This document shows, one piece after another, positions 31,403 through 41,301 of a DNA stretch of 43,187 nt. The stretch comes from Ginsengibacter sp. (GTDB taxonomy: Bacteria; Bacteroidota; Bacteroidia; Chitinophagales; Chitinophagaceae). Within the stretch, counting starts at the first letter, position 1; every line of letters starts with the position of its first letter. Location of the stretch: NCBI GenBank assembly GCA_040002575.1, contig JBDUEG010000001.1, positions 1-43,187 on the forward strand. The letters run 5' to 3'. The notes beneath the pieces were generated by a model. It did no database searches. It was not told the DNA's origin and worked only from the letters and a program-made list of their open reading frames with translations. The position numbers and the translations under genes were made by a program.

Positions 31403-32261
31403 ACTATTCAAAACATTTAAAAAGCCACGAACTTATATTGCATTTGGAGCAATTGCCGCCATTGTATTTTTAATACAGCTTGCCTTACTCATTAATGGGA
31501 AAGAATATGTTCAATTTATCCTGAGCAGCGTTGATGAAACCCTGGTAATACCTTATGAAAAAATTACAAATGGGTATTGGATATGCTTTGCAATTCTCAA
31601 CCTGTTATTAATTCATGTACCCATACTTGTTGCATTGGTATCGGGAGATATAATCGCCGGAGAAGCTAATGCTGGCACCTTAAGATTATTGCTTACAAAG
31701 CCAGTAAGCCGGACTAAGCTCCTTATTGTAAAATTTTTTGCCTGTGTAATTTACACCCTTATATTATTGTTGTGGATGGCGTTTCTATCTTTAGTTATAA
31801 GTGTACTTTTATTTGGCACTAATGATCTTGTAGTTGCCAAAGAATTTGAACTGGTGCAAATAGAAAAAGCAGATGTACTGTGGCGATATTTTGCGGCATT
31901 TGGCTTTGCTGCTGTTGCCTTAATAGTAGTTGCTTCTCTGTCGTTCTTTCTTTCTTCAATATCCGAAAATTCAATTGGCCCTATAGTAGCAACTGTGTCA
32001 ATTATTATCGTGCTAACTATCCTTAGTGAAATGCGAATTCCAATTTATGATAATACTATAAAGCCATACCTCTTTACCACTCACATGCTTGGGTGGAAAG
32101 GTTTTTTCTATATTGACGCAGACGCAGATGGCCAAACAATTAAGGGATCTGTGAGCAATTTACCTGCTATTTTTAAAAGCCTTGCTGTGCTCTTTGCTTA
32201 CATTATTATTTTTACAGGAAGTGCTATTTTTATTTTTAACAGAAAAGATATTTTAAGCTAA
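31380..32261 (+). CDS. ABC-2 type permease
   Basis: From ATG 31380: ELFK, GEANAGTLRLLLTKPVSR, about 6 TM, FNRKDILS terminus. Confidence 0.88.
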   Translation: MWNLLQFELFKTFKKPRTYIAFGAIAAIVFLIQLALLINGKEYVQFILSSVDETLVIPYEKITNGYWICFAILNLLLIHVPILVALVSGDIIAGEANAGTLRLLLTKPVSRTKLLIVKFFACVIYTLILLLWMAFLSLVISVLLFGTNDLVVAKEFELVQIEKADVLWRYFAAFGFAAVALIVVASLSFFLSSISENSIGPIVATVSIIIVLTILSEMRIPIYDNTIKPYLFTTHMLGWKGFFYIDADADGQTIKGSVSNLPAIFKSLAVLFAYIIIFTGSAIFIFNRKDILS

Positions 32262-32283
32262 CGATCATTACAATTTTTTATTA

Positions 32284-32973
32284 ATGAAAGCCTTCTCCAT
32301 TTTATTTTTATTTATTTTATTAGTACCTGTTGCTTTTTCGCAGGATGCTAATGCTTTGCTGGAAAAGGTAAGAAACAAATTAAGCCTTGTCAATAATTAT
32401 GAGGCAGACGCTATAATGAAAACCAATGTGTCTTTTTTGAAAGTGCCGCAAGCTACTGTAAAAGTATATTTTAAGAAGCCTGATAAAATAATGATCAGAA
32501 ACGAAAAAGGGATTTCGTTTGTTCCTAAAGGAGCCGTAAGTATAAATCTCAACAATATAATTTCAGGAAATAACTTTACTGTTATTGACGCTGGCCACAT
32601 GACAATCAATAATAATCAGGTAAAAATTTTAAAATTACTTCCTGCAGATGAGAATAATAATGTGATACTTTCTACCATATTTATTGATGAAAAAAACGCG
32701 GTTATTGTAAAAGCAAAAACTACCACTAAAGACAATGGAACATTTGAGCTTGATATGAAATATGGCAAATTTATAGAGTATGGCCTGGCTGATAACGTTG
32801 TTTTTACTTTTAATACTAAAGATTATAAAATGCCAAAGGGTTTTACTTTTGATTATGATAATGCAGCTCAAAAAAGTGACGGAGTAAAGAATAATGACAG
32901 GCAGGGCAAAATAGAAATTAAATATTTATCCTATAAAATTAACAAGGGAGTAAGTGATGAAATTTTTAAATAG
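32284..32973 (+). CDS. LolA-like periplasmic carrier-fold protein
   Basis: Signal peptide, N-terminal helix, VYFKKPDKI strand, C-terminal YKINKGVSDEIF typical of LolA-like folds. Confidence 0.65.
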   Translation: MKAFSILFLFILLVPVAFSQDANALLEKVRNKLSLVNNYEADAIMKTNVSFLKVPQATVKVYFKKPDKIMIRNEKGISFVPKGAVSINLNNIISGNNFTVIDAGHMTINNNQVKILKLLPADENNNVILSTIFIDEKNAVIVKAKTTTKDNGTFELDMKYGKFIEYGLADNVVFTFNTKDYKMPKGFTFDYDNAAQKSDGVKNNDRQGKIEIKYLSYKINKGVSDEIFK

Positions 32974-32981
32974 AATAGACC

Positions 32982-33012
32982 TTTGTGGCGGATGAAAATT
33001 GGTGTACGTTCG
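32982..33012 (+). promoter_or_regulatory. Sigma-70-like promoter of the transketolase gene
   Basis: TTTG-N19-TACGTTCG, one mismatch to consensus. Confidence 0.4.
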
Positions 33013-33037
33013 CATGGAAATTGTAAATAATTTAAAT

Positions 33038-33877
33038 ATGGAAATTAAGGAACTTGAAAAGATAGCGGCACAGGTAAGAAGAGATTGCCTTCGCATGGTT
33101 TATGAAGCCCAGAGCGGTCATCCGGGAGGTTCACTTGGCTGCGCTGATTTTTTTACGGCTCTTTATTTTAAAATAATGGATCGTAAAGAAGGGTTTGATA
33201 TGGATGGAAAAGATGAGGATTTATTTTTTCTGTCAAACGGCCATATTTCACCTGTTTGGTACAGCACGCTTGCCCGGTCAGGTTATTTTCCTATAAAGGA
33301 GTTAAGCACTTATCGTAAGATTGATTCACGGGTGCAGGGCCATCCCGCAACTGCGGAACATTTACCAGGAATAAGAATTGCTTCGGGCTCACTCGGCCAG
33401 GGAATGAGTGTGGCCATTGGAGCGGCAACGGCAAAAAAATTGAATAAAGATGAACACATAATTTATTCTTTGCATGGAGATGGCGAGCTTGATGAAGGAC
33501 AAAACTGGGAAGCTATCATGTATGCTGCTATGCACAAAGTTGATAATTTGATTTCAACAATTGACCGTAATGGGCAGCAAATAGACGGCACTACAGAAAG
33601 CGTAATGAAACTCGCCAACCTCAAAGAAAAATTCCTGGCTTTTAATTGGGAAGTCCTTGAAATGGATGGTAACAATATGGAAGAAGTAGTTACCACTTTA
33701 CAAAAAGCCAAAACCTTCACGGGAAAAGGAAAGCCTATTGCTATTATTATGAAAACAGTAATGGGTAAAGGTGTTGACTTTATGGAAAATAATCACGAAT
33801 GGCATGGATCAGCTCCTAATGCTGATCAATATAAAAAAGCTACCGCTGAACTTCCTGAAACTATAGGCGACTATTGA
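33038..33877 (+). CDS. Transketolase, N-terminal (ThDP-binding) subunit
   Basis: SGHPGGSLG, LSNGH, QGHP, GSLGQG, GDGELDEGQNWEA, WHG. Start set at ATG 33038. Confidence 0.93.
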   Translation: MEIKELEKIAAQVRRDCLRMVYEAQSGHPGGSLGCADFFTALYFKIMDRKEGFDMDGKDEDLFFLSNGHISPVWYSTLARSGYFPIKELSTYRKIDSRVQGHPATAEHLPGIRIASGSLGQGMSVAIGAATAKKLNKDEHIIYSLHGDGELDEGQNWEAIMYAAMHKVDNLISTIDRNGQQIDGTTESVMKLANLKEKFLAFNWEVLEMDGNNMEEVVTTLQKAKTFTGKGKPIAIIMKTVMGKGVDFMENNHEWHGSAPNADQYKKATAELPETIGDY

Positions 33878-33913
33878 ATTTGATTAACTAACTCAACAAC
33901 TATTAAAATCTAT

Positions 33914-34954
33914 TTAGTCTAACACTTCATACACCATTAGTGATTGCTTTTTGTTTTTCAATTTCACAGCTTCTATCTGTTGACAAATAAACGACTCCTT
34001 CACTTTGTTCCAGGATTCTTCCGAAATCAAAATCTGCCCGGCTTTGGCCAAATCCTGTAGCCGTTGTGCTGTATTTACAACATCCCCTATTACCGTATAA
34101 TCGAGTCTCTTTAGTTTGGCAGAACCAATGTTTCCCGAGATCATTTTTCCACTATCAATCCCAATAGAAACATTAGGAACAAAGGAGGCAACTTCAGTCT
34201 GCGGAGGAAAATCCTGGAGATGCCTTCTCACAGCAAGGCTCGCATCTATTGCCCTGTCAAGATGAAACTCTCCCTTAAATACCGCAAGAATTGCATCACC
34301 TATAAATTTATCAATATAGCCATCCTGGGTTATAATCTCGCCTACCATTACATCGAAAAATTTGTTGAGGAGTCTTACCACCTCATCAGCAGGTTCATTT
34401 TCTGTGATTGCTGTAAATCCACAAATATCGATGAAGATAACGGTTGCTTCTACTTCTTCATTTGCCATTAACTGTTTTTCAAACTCGCGGCCATTCATAA
34501 AATCCAAAACGGTTTTATCCACATACATTTTGAGAATATTATTCTCTTTAATGGCATCAATGGTTTTATGCATTTGCTTTACATACTGTAATGTCTTTTG
34601 AATGGTGATTCCCAGGTCTTCAAAATTCACAGGCTTGCATACGAAATCAAAAGCTCCCCGATTCATTGCAGTTCTTATATTTTCCATATCTCCATAAGCA
34701 GATACAATTACAGCTTTAGTAAGAAAGTTTAATTCACTCATTTTAGTTAATAAAGTGAGCCCATCCATTTCAGGCATATTTATATCGCTAAGTAAAATCT
34801 CAATTTCGGGATCTGCCTCAAGCTTCATAAGGGCCTCGGTGCCATTAGCAGCAAAGCTGAATTCATATTTATGCTCGCGAATTTCCTTCCTGAATTTTTG
34901 TTTTATAAGTATTTCGAGATCCGCTTCATCATCAGCTACTAATATCTTTGCCAT
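33914..34954 (-). CDS. Response regulator fused to a class III adenylate cyclase
   Basis: REC domain (ADDE, SDINMP, SAY, KP) plus cyclase motifs FIDICGFT, DKFIGDA, DYTVIGDVVNTAQR, LKNK. Confidence 0.92.
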   Translation of the reverse strand: MAKILVADDEADLEILIKQKFRKEIREHKYEFSFAANGTEALMKLEADPEIEILLSDINMPEMDGLTLLTKMSELNFLTKAVIVSAYGDMENIRTAMNRGAFDFVCKPVNFEDLGITIQKTLQYVKQMHKTIDAIKENNILKMYVDKTVLDFMNGREFEKQLMANEEVEATVIFIDICGFTAITENEPADEVVRLLNKFFDVMVGEIITQDGYIDKFIGDAILAVFKGEFHLDRAIDASLAVRRHLQDFPPQTEVASFVPNVSIGIDSGKMISGNIGSAKLKRLDYTVIGDVVNTAQRLQDLAKAGQILISEESWNKVKESFICQQIEAVKLKNKKQSLMVYEVLD

Positions 34955-35327
34955 TTATTTTTGTATTTAATTTATCTTTTAAAAGATTAAAATCGATTGG
35001 CTTGGTCAAAAAATCGTCTGCCCCAAGTGACATAGCTTGTTTATAGTTTTCATCATCGCCGTAGGCCGTTATCATCATAACAACGGGAGGAGGATTTTCA
35101 AATTTTTGTTTGATCATTTTCAATAACTGAAGGCCGCTCATGCCGGGCATATTTATGTCAGATAGAATAAGCACGGCTTCGTGAGTGTGTTTTTCAAGAT
35201 AATAAAGAGCATCCTCGCCGGAACTCGCAAAAAAGAAATCGATTGTTTTTTCACGGATTTCCTTTCTGAAGCGTTGCTGAAATAATGTTTCCATATCCTT
35301 TTCGTCGTCAACCACTAAAACATTCAT
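34932..35327 (-). CDS. Single-domain response regulator
   Basis: VDDE, SDINMP, TAY, TKP; overlaps the cyclase gene start by 23 nt. Confidence 0.92.
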   Translation of the reverse strand: MNVLVVDDEKDMETLFQQRFRKEIREKTIDFFFASSGEDALYYLEKHTHEAVLILSDINMPGMSGLQLLKMIKQKFENPPPVVMMITAYGDDENYKQAMSLGADDFLTKPIDFNLLKDKLNTKINGKDISS

Positions 35328-35359
35328 TGCAATTTTTTTTAATTTAAAAATTTATTACT

Positions 35360-36742
35360 TCATTTCTCTGTTGGCAGATCAATTATAAATTCAGCAAACT
35401 CACCTTCCTTTGTTTCAACCCGAATGTCACCACCGTGCCCTTGTGTTATAATTTCATAACTCAAAGATAGACCAAGTCCTGTACCCTGCCCCGAAGGTTT
35501 CGTGGTAAAGAAAGGCTGAAAAATTTTATCCAATGCTTTTTTTGGAATTCCCATTCCATTATCCCTGACGCTTACCTGCACTTTTCCATTCAATTTTTTT
35601 GTACAGATTATAACAGTCGGTACATAAGCCTGGCCATTTATTACATCAGTATTTATTGCAAGGTTCTTTTTTTCAGAAACAGCATAAAACGCATTTGTAA
35701 ACAAATTTAAAAAAGCCCTGCCTACATCTTGCGGAATTACTTTAAGTTTTTCGAGACTTTCATCAAAATGGGTTTCCATAGTCGCGTTGAACGATTTATC
35801 TTTTGCCCGCAAGCCATGATAACTCAGGCGCAAATATTCGTCTGCCAATGCGTTAATATCAGTAAGTTCTTTTTGCCCGCTACTGCTTCGGGAATGTTGC
35901 AACATCCCTTTTACAATTGCATCGGCACGTTTTCCATGATGAATGATTTTTTTCTCATTGTCTTTGATATTTTCAGCAATGGCAACCGCTTCATTTGTAT
36001 TGCCCGAGAGAAGTTCATTTTTCATTTCTTCTATTAGCTCGAAGTTGACTTCAGAAAAATTATTTACAAAATTCAAAGGATTTTGAATCTCATGTGCGAT
36101 GCCTGCAGTAAGCTCACCGAGCGAAGCCATCTTTTCGGAATGTATAAGTTGCGTTTGCGTTGTCTTTAACTCTGTAAGTGTATGCTGCAACTCATCTTTC
36201 TGCTTTGTTATTTCTGCAGTGCGTTCAGCGACAATTATTTCGAGTTCTACTTTTTGGGCTTCTATGAATCTGCTTCTTTCCTCTTCATCCAATGTTCTCT
36301 TACGTTCTTTTTCAAGCGCCTTATTCTGTTTGGTTGACTTTATAAGCATTGCTACCATCCAGGTAATCGCAACGGCAAAAGCGATATCTATAAACGTTTC
36401 AATACGATTATAAAGATTACCATCAATGGATTTTAAAATATCACCGGAAAGTGATAATACGATTAGCGGCAACACAGCAACCATAACTGTGCGGACACGA
36501 CTAAACAGCGGGAGTGTGAAAGAAATATAAACTATAGCAAGTAACAATAAGTGCCATATCCAAATAGTTACTTTATCGACAGATAAAAAGTGGTCTACTA
36601 TAAACAGAATTACGAAGAGAATTACAACTCCATATATTGCCCTTGTGAGAATTTTATCCCACCCGAGGTCCGGCGAAAAAGTTCGTAAATTTTTTCGCAT
36701 ATACCTGATAAGGAAGAAAGCAAGTATGGGTTCTAATGGCAT
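35360..36742 (-). CDS. Sensor histidine kinase with a multi-TM intramembrane N-terminus
   Basis: About 4 TM, coiled coil, H-box AHEIQNPL, N box NAFYA, DNGMG, FFTTK, GTGLGL. Confidence 0.92.
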   Translation of the reverse strand: MPLEPILAFFLIRYMRKNLRTFSPDLGWDKILTRAIYGVVILFVILFIVDHFLSVDKVTIWIWHLLLLAIVYISFTLPLFSRVRTVMVAVLPLIVLSLSGDILKSIDGNLYNRIETFIDIAFAVAITWMVAMLIKSTKQNKALEKERKRTLDEEERSRFIEAQKVELEIIVAERTAEITKQKDELQHTLTELKTTQTQLIHSEKMASLGELTAGIAHEIQNPLNFVNNFSEVNFELIEEMKNELLSGNTNEAVAIAENIKDNEKKIIHHGKRADAIVKGMLQHSRSSSGQKELTDINALADEYLRLSYHGLRAKDKSFNATMETHFDESLEKLKVIPQDVGRAFLNLFTNAFYAVSEKKNLAINTDVINGQAYVPTVIICTKKLNGKVQVSVRDNGMGIPKKALDKIFQPFFTTKPSGQGTGLGLSLSYEIITQGHGGDIRVETKEGEFAEFIIDLPTEK

Positions 36743-36882
36743 ATGAATTTTTAAATGATAAACTTTTATTTACCTGAAAATAAGATTTTCAAAGTCAATA
36801 AGGTAAATCCACTTTCTATAAATTACTTACTTCAATATATTAATCAGGAAATTTTTTCAAACGCCTTATTTTCTTCTAAGAT

Positions 36883-38469
36883 TCAGCAAGGTAATTCAAT
36901 AATAAACTCTGCATACTCGCCTTCCTTTGATTCTACTCTTAATTCACCGCCATGTGCTTTTATAATATCATAGCTTAGCGATAATCCGAGCCCGGTTCCT
37001 TGACCCGTCGGCTTGGTTGTAAAGAATGGCTGGTACATTTTATCTTTTACTTTATCCGAAATGCCTGTGCCGTTATCTCTAATTCTCGTCTCAATAACAT
37101 TGCCCAGTTTTTTTGTGCTTACTAAAATTTCAGGTTCGTAACTTTTTTCCTGCGCTATGGTCCAGTGAATATCTTCTTCTAATTTTTTCTTTTTTTCCAT
37201 TACAGAATAAAAAGCATTGTTGTACAAATTCAAAAAGACACGGCCTATATCCTGTGGTATAATATTAATTCTTCCTTCCGTCGATGAAAGCGATTCATCG
37301 AAATTTGTTTTGAAATTCGAATTGAAAGTTTTATCCTTCGCCCTAAGACCATGGTAACTTAATCGAAGATATTCATCTGCCAGTGCATTGATATCTGTTA
37401 GTTCCTTTTGCCCGGTACTTGATCGTGAATGATGCAGCATGCCTTTAACGATGGCATCAGCACGTTTGCCATGATGGGTAATTTTTTCCTGGTTTTCTTT
37501 AATATTTTCAGCGATAGAACAGACTTCTTTACTATTTCCAGATTCGATCTCTGTTTGCATTTCGGCAATAAGTTCGGTATTCAATTCAGAAAAATTATTT
37601 ACAAAATTTAATGGGTTTTGAATTTCATGGGCAATGCCTGCAGTAAGCTCACCCAGAGAAGCCATTTTTTCTGATTGGATTAATTGCACCTGGGCTGATT
37701 TTAACTCTTGTAATGTATGGTTCAACCTTGCATTTGCAGATGATAGCGCCAGGTTGTTTTCGTCGAGTTCTGTGCGGGCCTTTCTCAGATCCTCTACCAT
37801 ATTGTTGAAGGCGGTTCCTAGTTGAGCAATCTCATCTCCCGAGGTTATTTTCACCTTCTGGCTAAGATCACCTTCTCCTACGCGGTTTGCTGCGTCACGT
37901 AAAGCTAATACTGGTACAGAAACTTTCCTGGCAAGTAGTAAACCAAATAAAATTCCTATAATCAAAACGATACCGCTAACTATTAAGGATGTGAATCGTA
38001 TTTTCTTTTGGCTTTCATTTATTTCTTTGGTGGTAAAAGCAAGCAATATGGCCCCGGACATTACATGTGTATTGAATGGTCCACTCTTTACTATTTTGGA
38101 ATTGGTTGATTGCGTATCAGCTTCGGGATGCTGATTTTCAGGGAAGGTTCTAAAAATGGTTTTTTTTATCTGGTAATTGCTATGGTATCCGTTCCATATT
38201 GTATCATATTGCAGGGTACTTACAAAAAGAAGCCGCGAATCATCTTTCACAAATTTCATCGCAGTTTCCACCCCTTCGAAATTTTCTTCAGTGAGAGCAA
38301 TCTTCACACCTAAAGCAACTGTGTTGGCGAGGTTTTGTACTTCAGTATTATAATTTTTTAAAAGTAACTTTCTCTGTTGGGCGGGGAAATAAAACAGCGT
38401 AAAAAAAGTAAACATTACCACAATAGCAAATACCGTTAGCCATATTTTTGATTTAAGGGAAAATACCAT
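36883..38469 (-). CDS. Sensor histidine kinase with periplasmic domain and HAMP
   Basis: TM-periplasmic-TM, HAMP (PVLAL..GDL..DEIAQLGTAFNNM), H-box, HATPase. Confidence 0.93.
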   Translation of the reverse strand: MVFSLKSKIWLTVFAIVVMFTFFTLFYFPAQQRKLLLKNYNTEVQNLANTVALGVKIALTEENFEGVETAMKFVKDDSRLLFVSTLQYDTIWNGYHSNYQIKKTIFRTFPENQHPEADTQSTNSKIVKSGPFNTHVMSGAILLAFTTKEINESQKKIRFTSLIVSGIVLIIGILFGLLLARKVSVPVLALRDAANRVGEGDLSQKVKITSGDEIAQLGTAFNNMVEDLRKARTELDENNLALSSANARLNHTLQELKSAQVQLIQSEKMASLGELTAGIAHEIQNPLNFVNNFSELNTELIAEMQTEIESGNSKEVCSIAENIKENQEKITHHGKRADAIVKGMLHHSRSSTGQKELTDINALADEYLRLSYHGLRAKDKTFNSNFKTNFDESLSSTEGRINIIPQDIGRVFLNLYNNAFYSVMEKKKKLEEDIHWTIAQEKSYEPEILVSTKKLGNVIETRIRDNGTGISDKVKDKMYQPFFTTKPTGQGTGLGLSLSYDIIKAHGGELRVESKEGEYAEFIIELPC

Positions 38470-38507
38470 AGTGTCTTAATGGTTGTTGTAAAAGCATTCG
38501 CTTTAAG

Positions 38508-38999
38508 TTACAGACTAAACTGGGTTTTCCCGTCTATTGAAATAATTTTTATTTCATTGTTAGCTATAGCTTGATCGATAACACCAATAGCACCGGGGTT
38601 TTCCGCAACAAAATTTTCCAGCTCGGAAGTAGTATTAAAAAATTTAGGAGCATGGGCATTTCCCTGGTAGGTTTGCCCGAGCCAGTATTTTAATAAAGCA
38701 TCACCGCTCATATTATATAGTAGCTGAGCGGTATTTTTGCCGATTGAAGTAGAAGTTTTCATGAGAGCGATAGTAACCTTTGTTCCGCTATTCCACCGCT
38801 GTCTTTCACCTTTCATTACTGATTTCAGCTCGTTTAGTTTCATGGCCCCGGGAGCGCCATTTGCATTACATATCACTGTAAGAGTTTCTCCCTGGCTTTT
38901 TGCGATGAGGCTCATTGTTAATAAACACATCGCAATAGAAAGCTTGAGAAGAATTGGTCTTAACGACTTTTTATATTTGAAGATTTTATAAATTTCCAT
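38508..38999 (-). CDS. Small periplasmic-binding-protein-like protein (family often annotated as phosphate ABC substrate-binding)
   Basis: Signal peptide, TVICN..LNELKSVMKG..W, KYW...G..PK, FVAENPGAIGVID. ATG 38999 directly after the porin stop. Confidence 0.7.
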   Translation of the reverse strand: MEIYKIFKYKKSLRPILLKLSIAMCLLTMSLIAKSQGETLTVICNANGAPGAMKLNELKSVMKGERQRWNSGTKVTIALMKTSTSIGKNTAQLLYNMSGDALLKYWLGQTYQGNAHAPKFFNTTSELENFVAENPGAIGVIDQAIANNEIKIISIDGKTQFSL

Positions 39000-39001
39000 A
39001 A

Positions 39002-40042
39002 TCAAAATCCGACAGCTATTTGAGCACTTATTTTATTTCTTGTTCCAGTTATTTCAGAATCCATGTATTGATATTCCAATTTTAGGTTTGCAATAAAATT
39101 TATCTGGTAATTGACGCCAACAAGAAAAGAGGATCTATTGTCTTTGATATAAAAAATTTCACCATTTTGAAAGTGGACATCATCGACCCTGAAATAGGGG
39201 GTTATTTTGTCTGTGACCTTATAGCCTGCATATAAATAGGCACCTGTTGTTTTTTTATAGCAGGTAGTATCAGTGCGATTTACGGCAAGAGTTCCTTCGC
39301 AGAGCAATTCAAACTTATTGCCAAAGTAGGCAACCGATGCGGAAAATAAATTTTGTACCGTCCGCCAATCCACTACTCTGTCCTCATGTCTTTCCTGGTC
39401 ATCCTGATGATAATGAACGGCAGCTCCTTTGGAAATTATATCGTAATAATAACTAGCACCTATCCTTAAATTTTCGGCGGGCTTTATGTGCGCAGCGATG
39501 GTCACTGATTTGTTTTTGTCATTATCTTCTATCTCTGTAGACCCGAGCCCGTTGCCAACCATTAGGTCATAGCCAAACTTCAGTTTTCCAAGATCATGGC
39601 CCTGCAATGCGATACCGGTAGTATGCAACGGTATTACATTTGCAATAAACATCAATGGCCTGTCAACAGTAGGGTAAAAAAGTTTTCCATGATGATAAGT
39701 ATCGTTCCAATAATTAATAGGAGTATGATGTTTGCCAAAAAGTAAATTGTGATTTCCTTTGATATTATACTTCATTATTACCCGTTCAACTTCAACACCG
39801 AATTTAGTGCCTATGGAATGATCATCATAACGGAAAACGGTTTCGCCAAGAAAAGACAAACGATCATTGAGATCTGAAGTTATGAGAATATCCTGTTCGC
39901 TAAAACCAAATGATATTTTATCGTCGACATTGCTAACTGAAGCAGCGCTAAAACCTCTTATCTGTGTACTTTGTCCAATTGATGGTGTATATAACATAAA
40001 GCCTAAAACCACCACAATAAAGTAAAATGATATTTGTTTCAT
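39002..40042 (-). CDS. Porin-like outer-membrane beta-barrel protein
   Basis: Signal peptide, alternating strands, GKHHTPINYWNDTYHHG...VDRP loop motif, LKLEYQ, C-terminal AVGF. Confidence 0.78.
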   Translation of the reverse strand: MKQISFYFIVVVLGFMLYTPSIGQSTQIRGFSAASVSNVDDKISFGFSEQDILITSDLNDRLSFLGETVFRYDDHSIGTKFGVEVERVIMKYNIKGNHNLLFGKHHTPINYWNDTYHHGKLFYPTVDRPLMFIANVIPLHTTGIALQGHDLGKLKFGYDLMVGNGLGSTEIEDNDKNKSVTIAAHIKPAENLRIGASYYYDIISKGAAVHYHQDDQERHEDRVVDWRTVQNLFSASVAYFGNKFELLCEGTLAVNRTDTTCYKKTTGAYLYAGYKVTDKITPYFRVDDVHFQNGEIFYIKDNRSSFLVGVNYQINFIANLKLEYQYMDSEITGTRNKISAQIAVGF

Positions 40043-40173
40043 CTCTGATGCATTAACCCATACAATGCCCTAAATGTAATAGATATTGTTGAAATATTGA
40101 GTTGATTTTTTTGCCAGCAGCATTAGCTCAAAAGCCCTGCCCATATCATTATTTTAATATAAGTGCAATAAAA

Positions 40174-41301
40174 TTATTGAACCAAAAGAGCTTCCTGTAT
40201 AATACCCGAATTACTTTTTATAACCAACTTGTAGTTGCCGGAAGAGACTTCTGGAATTTTGATGTCTAAAATATTAGTTCCCTTATTGGCTGCTATTTCT
40301 GTATTTTTTACCAACCTTCCGGTATTGTCTATCAGTCTTACTTTTAGTATCTGGTCGTCCTTGGAAACAAAATTTACATGCAATGTATTTCCTGGTTTCA
40401 AAGGATTAGGATAGATACCTTTTAAAAAGGTTGACGAAGCTCTTAAAACAACGTTCACAATTTTAGAGTAAGCTTTTGCTCCATCTTTATCTACCATGGC
40501 AAGCCTGTAATAAATGGGCTTCTCGAATATGGAAGGATTGTTATCACTAAAACTGTAATTTTTTGTAAGGCTGCTATTTCCTGATGCATCAACTTTTCCT
40601 ATGTCATTAAATTGCCTGTTGTCATAGCTTTTTTGAATGCTAAAATAATTGCTATTTATTTCCTGTGATGTTTGCCACGACAACAAAATATTATTGTTTT
40701 TAATAATTGCATTGAAGGTGGATAAGATTATCGGCAACGCGGACGAAGTTAACGAGGCAGTATAGACATAGTCGCCCGCAGAGCCGCTGGCGTTATCTGC
40801 AGCAACCGCGGCATAAGAAAATGTAACTGGCCCCATATCCGTTACAGGCGCCGTCCAGGTCAAATTATCAAATGTATATGAATTTTGGGCGGCGGTAACT
40901 GGTGCAAATGATGGTACAGTCGCACTGCCATGACTCAGCTCTGATCCATTTAGTGAAGCATCAGGATTCGTGGAGCTAAAAGTTCCAATAGGAATTCCCG
41001 AATTTTCAGCAGCTATAGAAAATCCCCACCGGGTTCTGTCAGCGGCTCCATGTGTGATTGTCAGGCTAAAATTATAAGATACACCAGGTATGTATACCGT
41101 GGGCAATCCTGTTACAGTTACATTGCCTCCCCCGGAATTATCTGCGAAAGATGTATGGCATCCAATGCCATTATTACTACAGGTTACTGCCGGAACAGCG
41201 CCGGTGCTACCTTGTGGTGGACGAAAAGAAGACAATACGGAAGAAGAGCCAATAATGAATATCAATACAAAGGCAAGAACATAAGTAGATTTTTGTAACA
41301 T
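40174..41301 (-). CDS. T9SS type A CTD protein with Reeler-like (choice-of-anchor V-like) domain
   Basis: TG..TCSNNGIGCH, YIPG..Y, WGF, WTAP, VTF..AAVAAD; LPIILS, YYRLAMVDKDG, IYPNP, SGNYKL. Confidence 0.78.
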   Translation of the reverse strand: MLQKSTYVLAFVLIFIIGSSSVLSSFRPPQGSTGAVPAVTCSNNGIGCHTSFADNSGGGNVTVTGLPTVYIPGVSYNFSLTITHGAADRTRWGFSIAAENSGIPIGTFSSTNPDASLNGSELSHGSATVPSFAPVTAAQNSYTFDNLTWTAPVTDMGPVTFSYAAVAADNASGSAGDYVYTASLTSSALPIILSTFNAIIKNNNILLSWQTSQEINSNYFSIQKSYDNRQFNDIGKVDASGNSSLTKNYSFSDNNPSIFEKPIYYRLAMVDKDGAKAYSKIVNVVLRASSTFLKGIYPNPLKPGNTLHVNFVSKDDQILKVRLIDNTGRLVKNTEIAANKGTNILDIKIPEVSSGNYKLVIKSNSGIIQEALLVQ

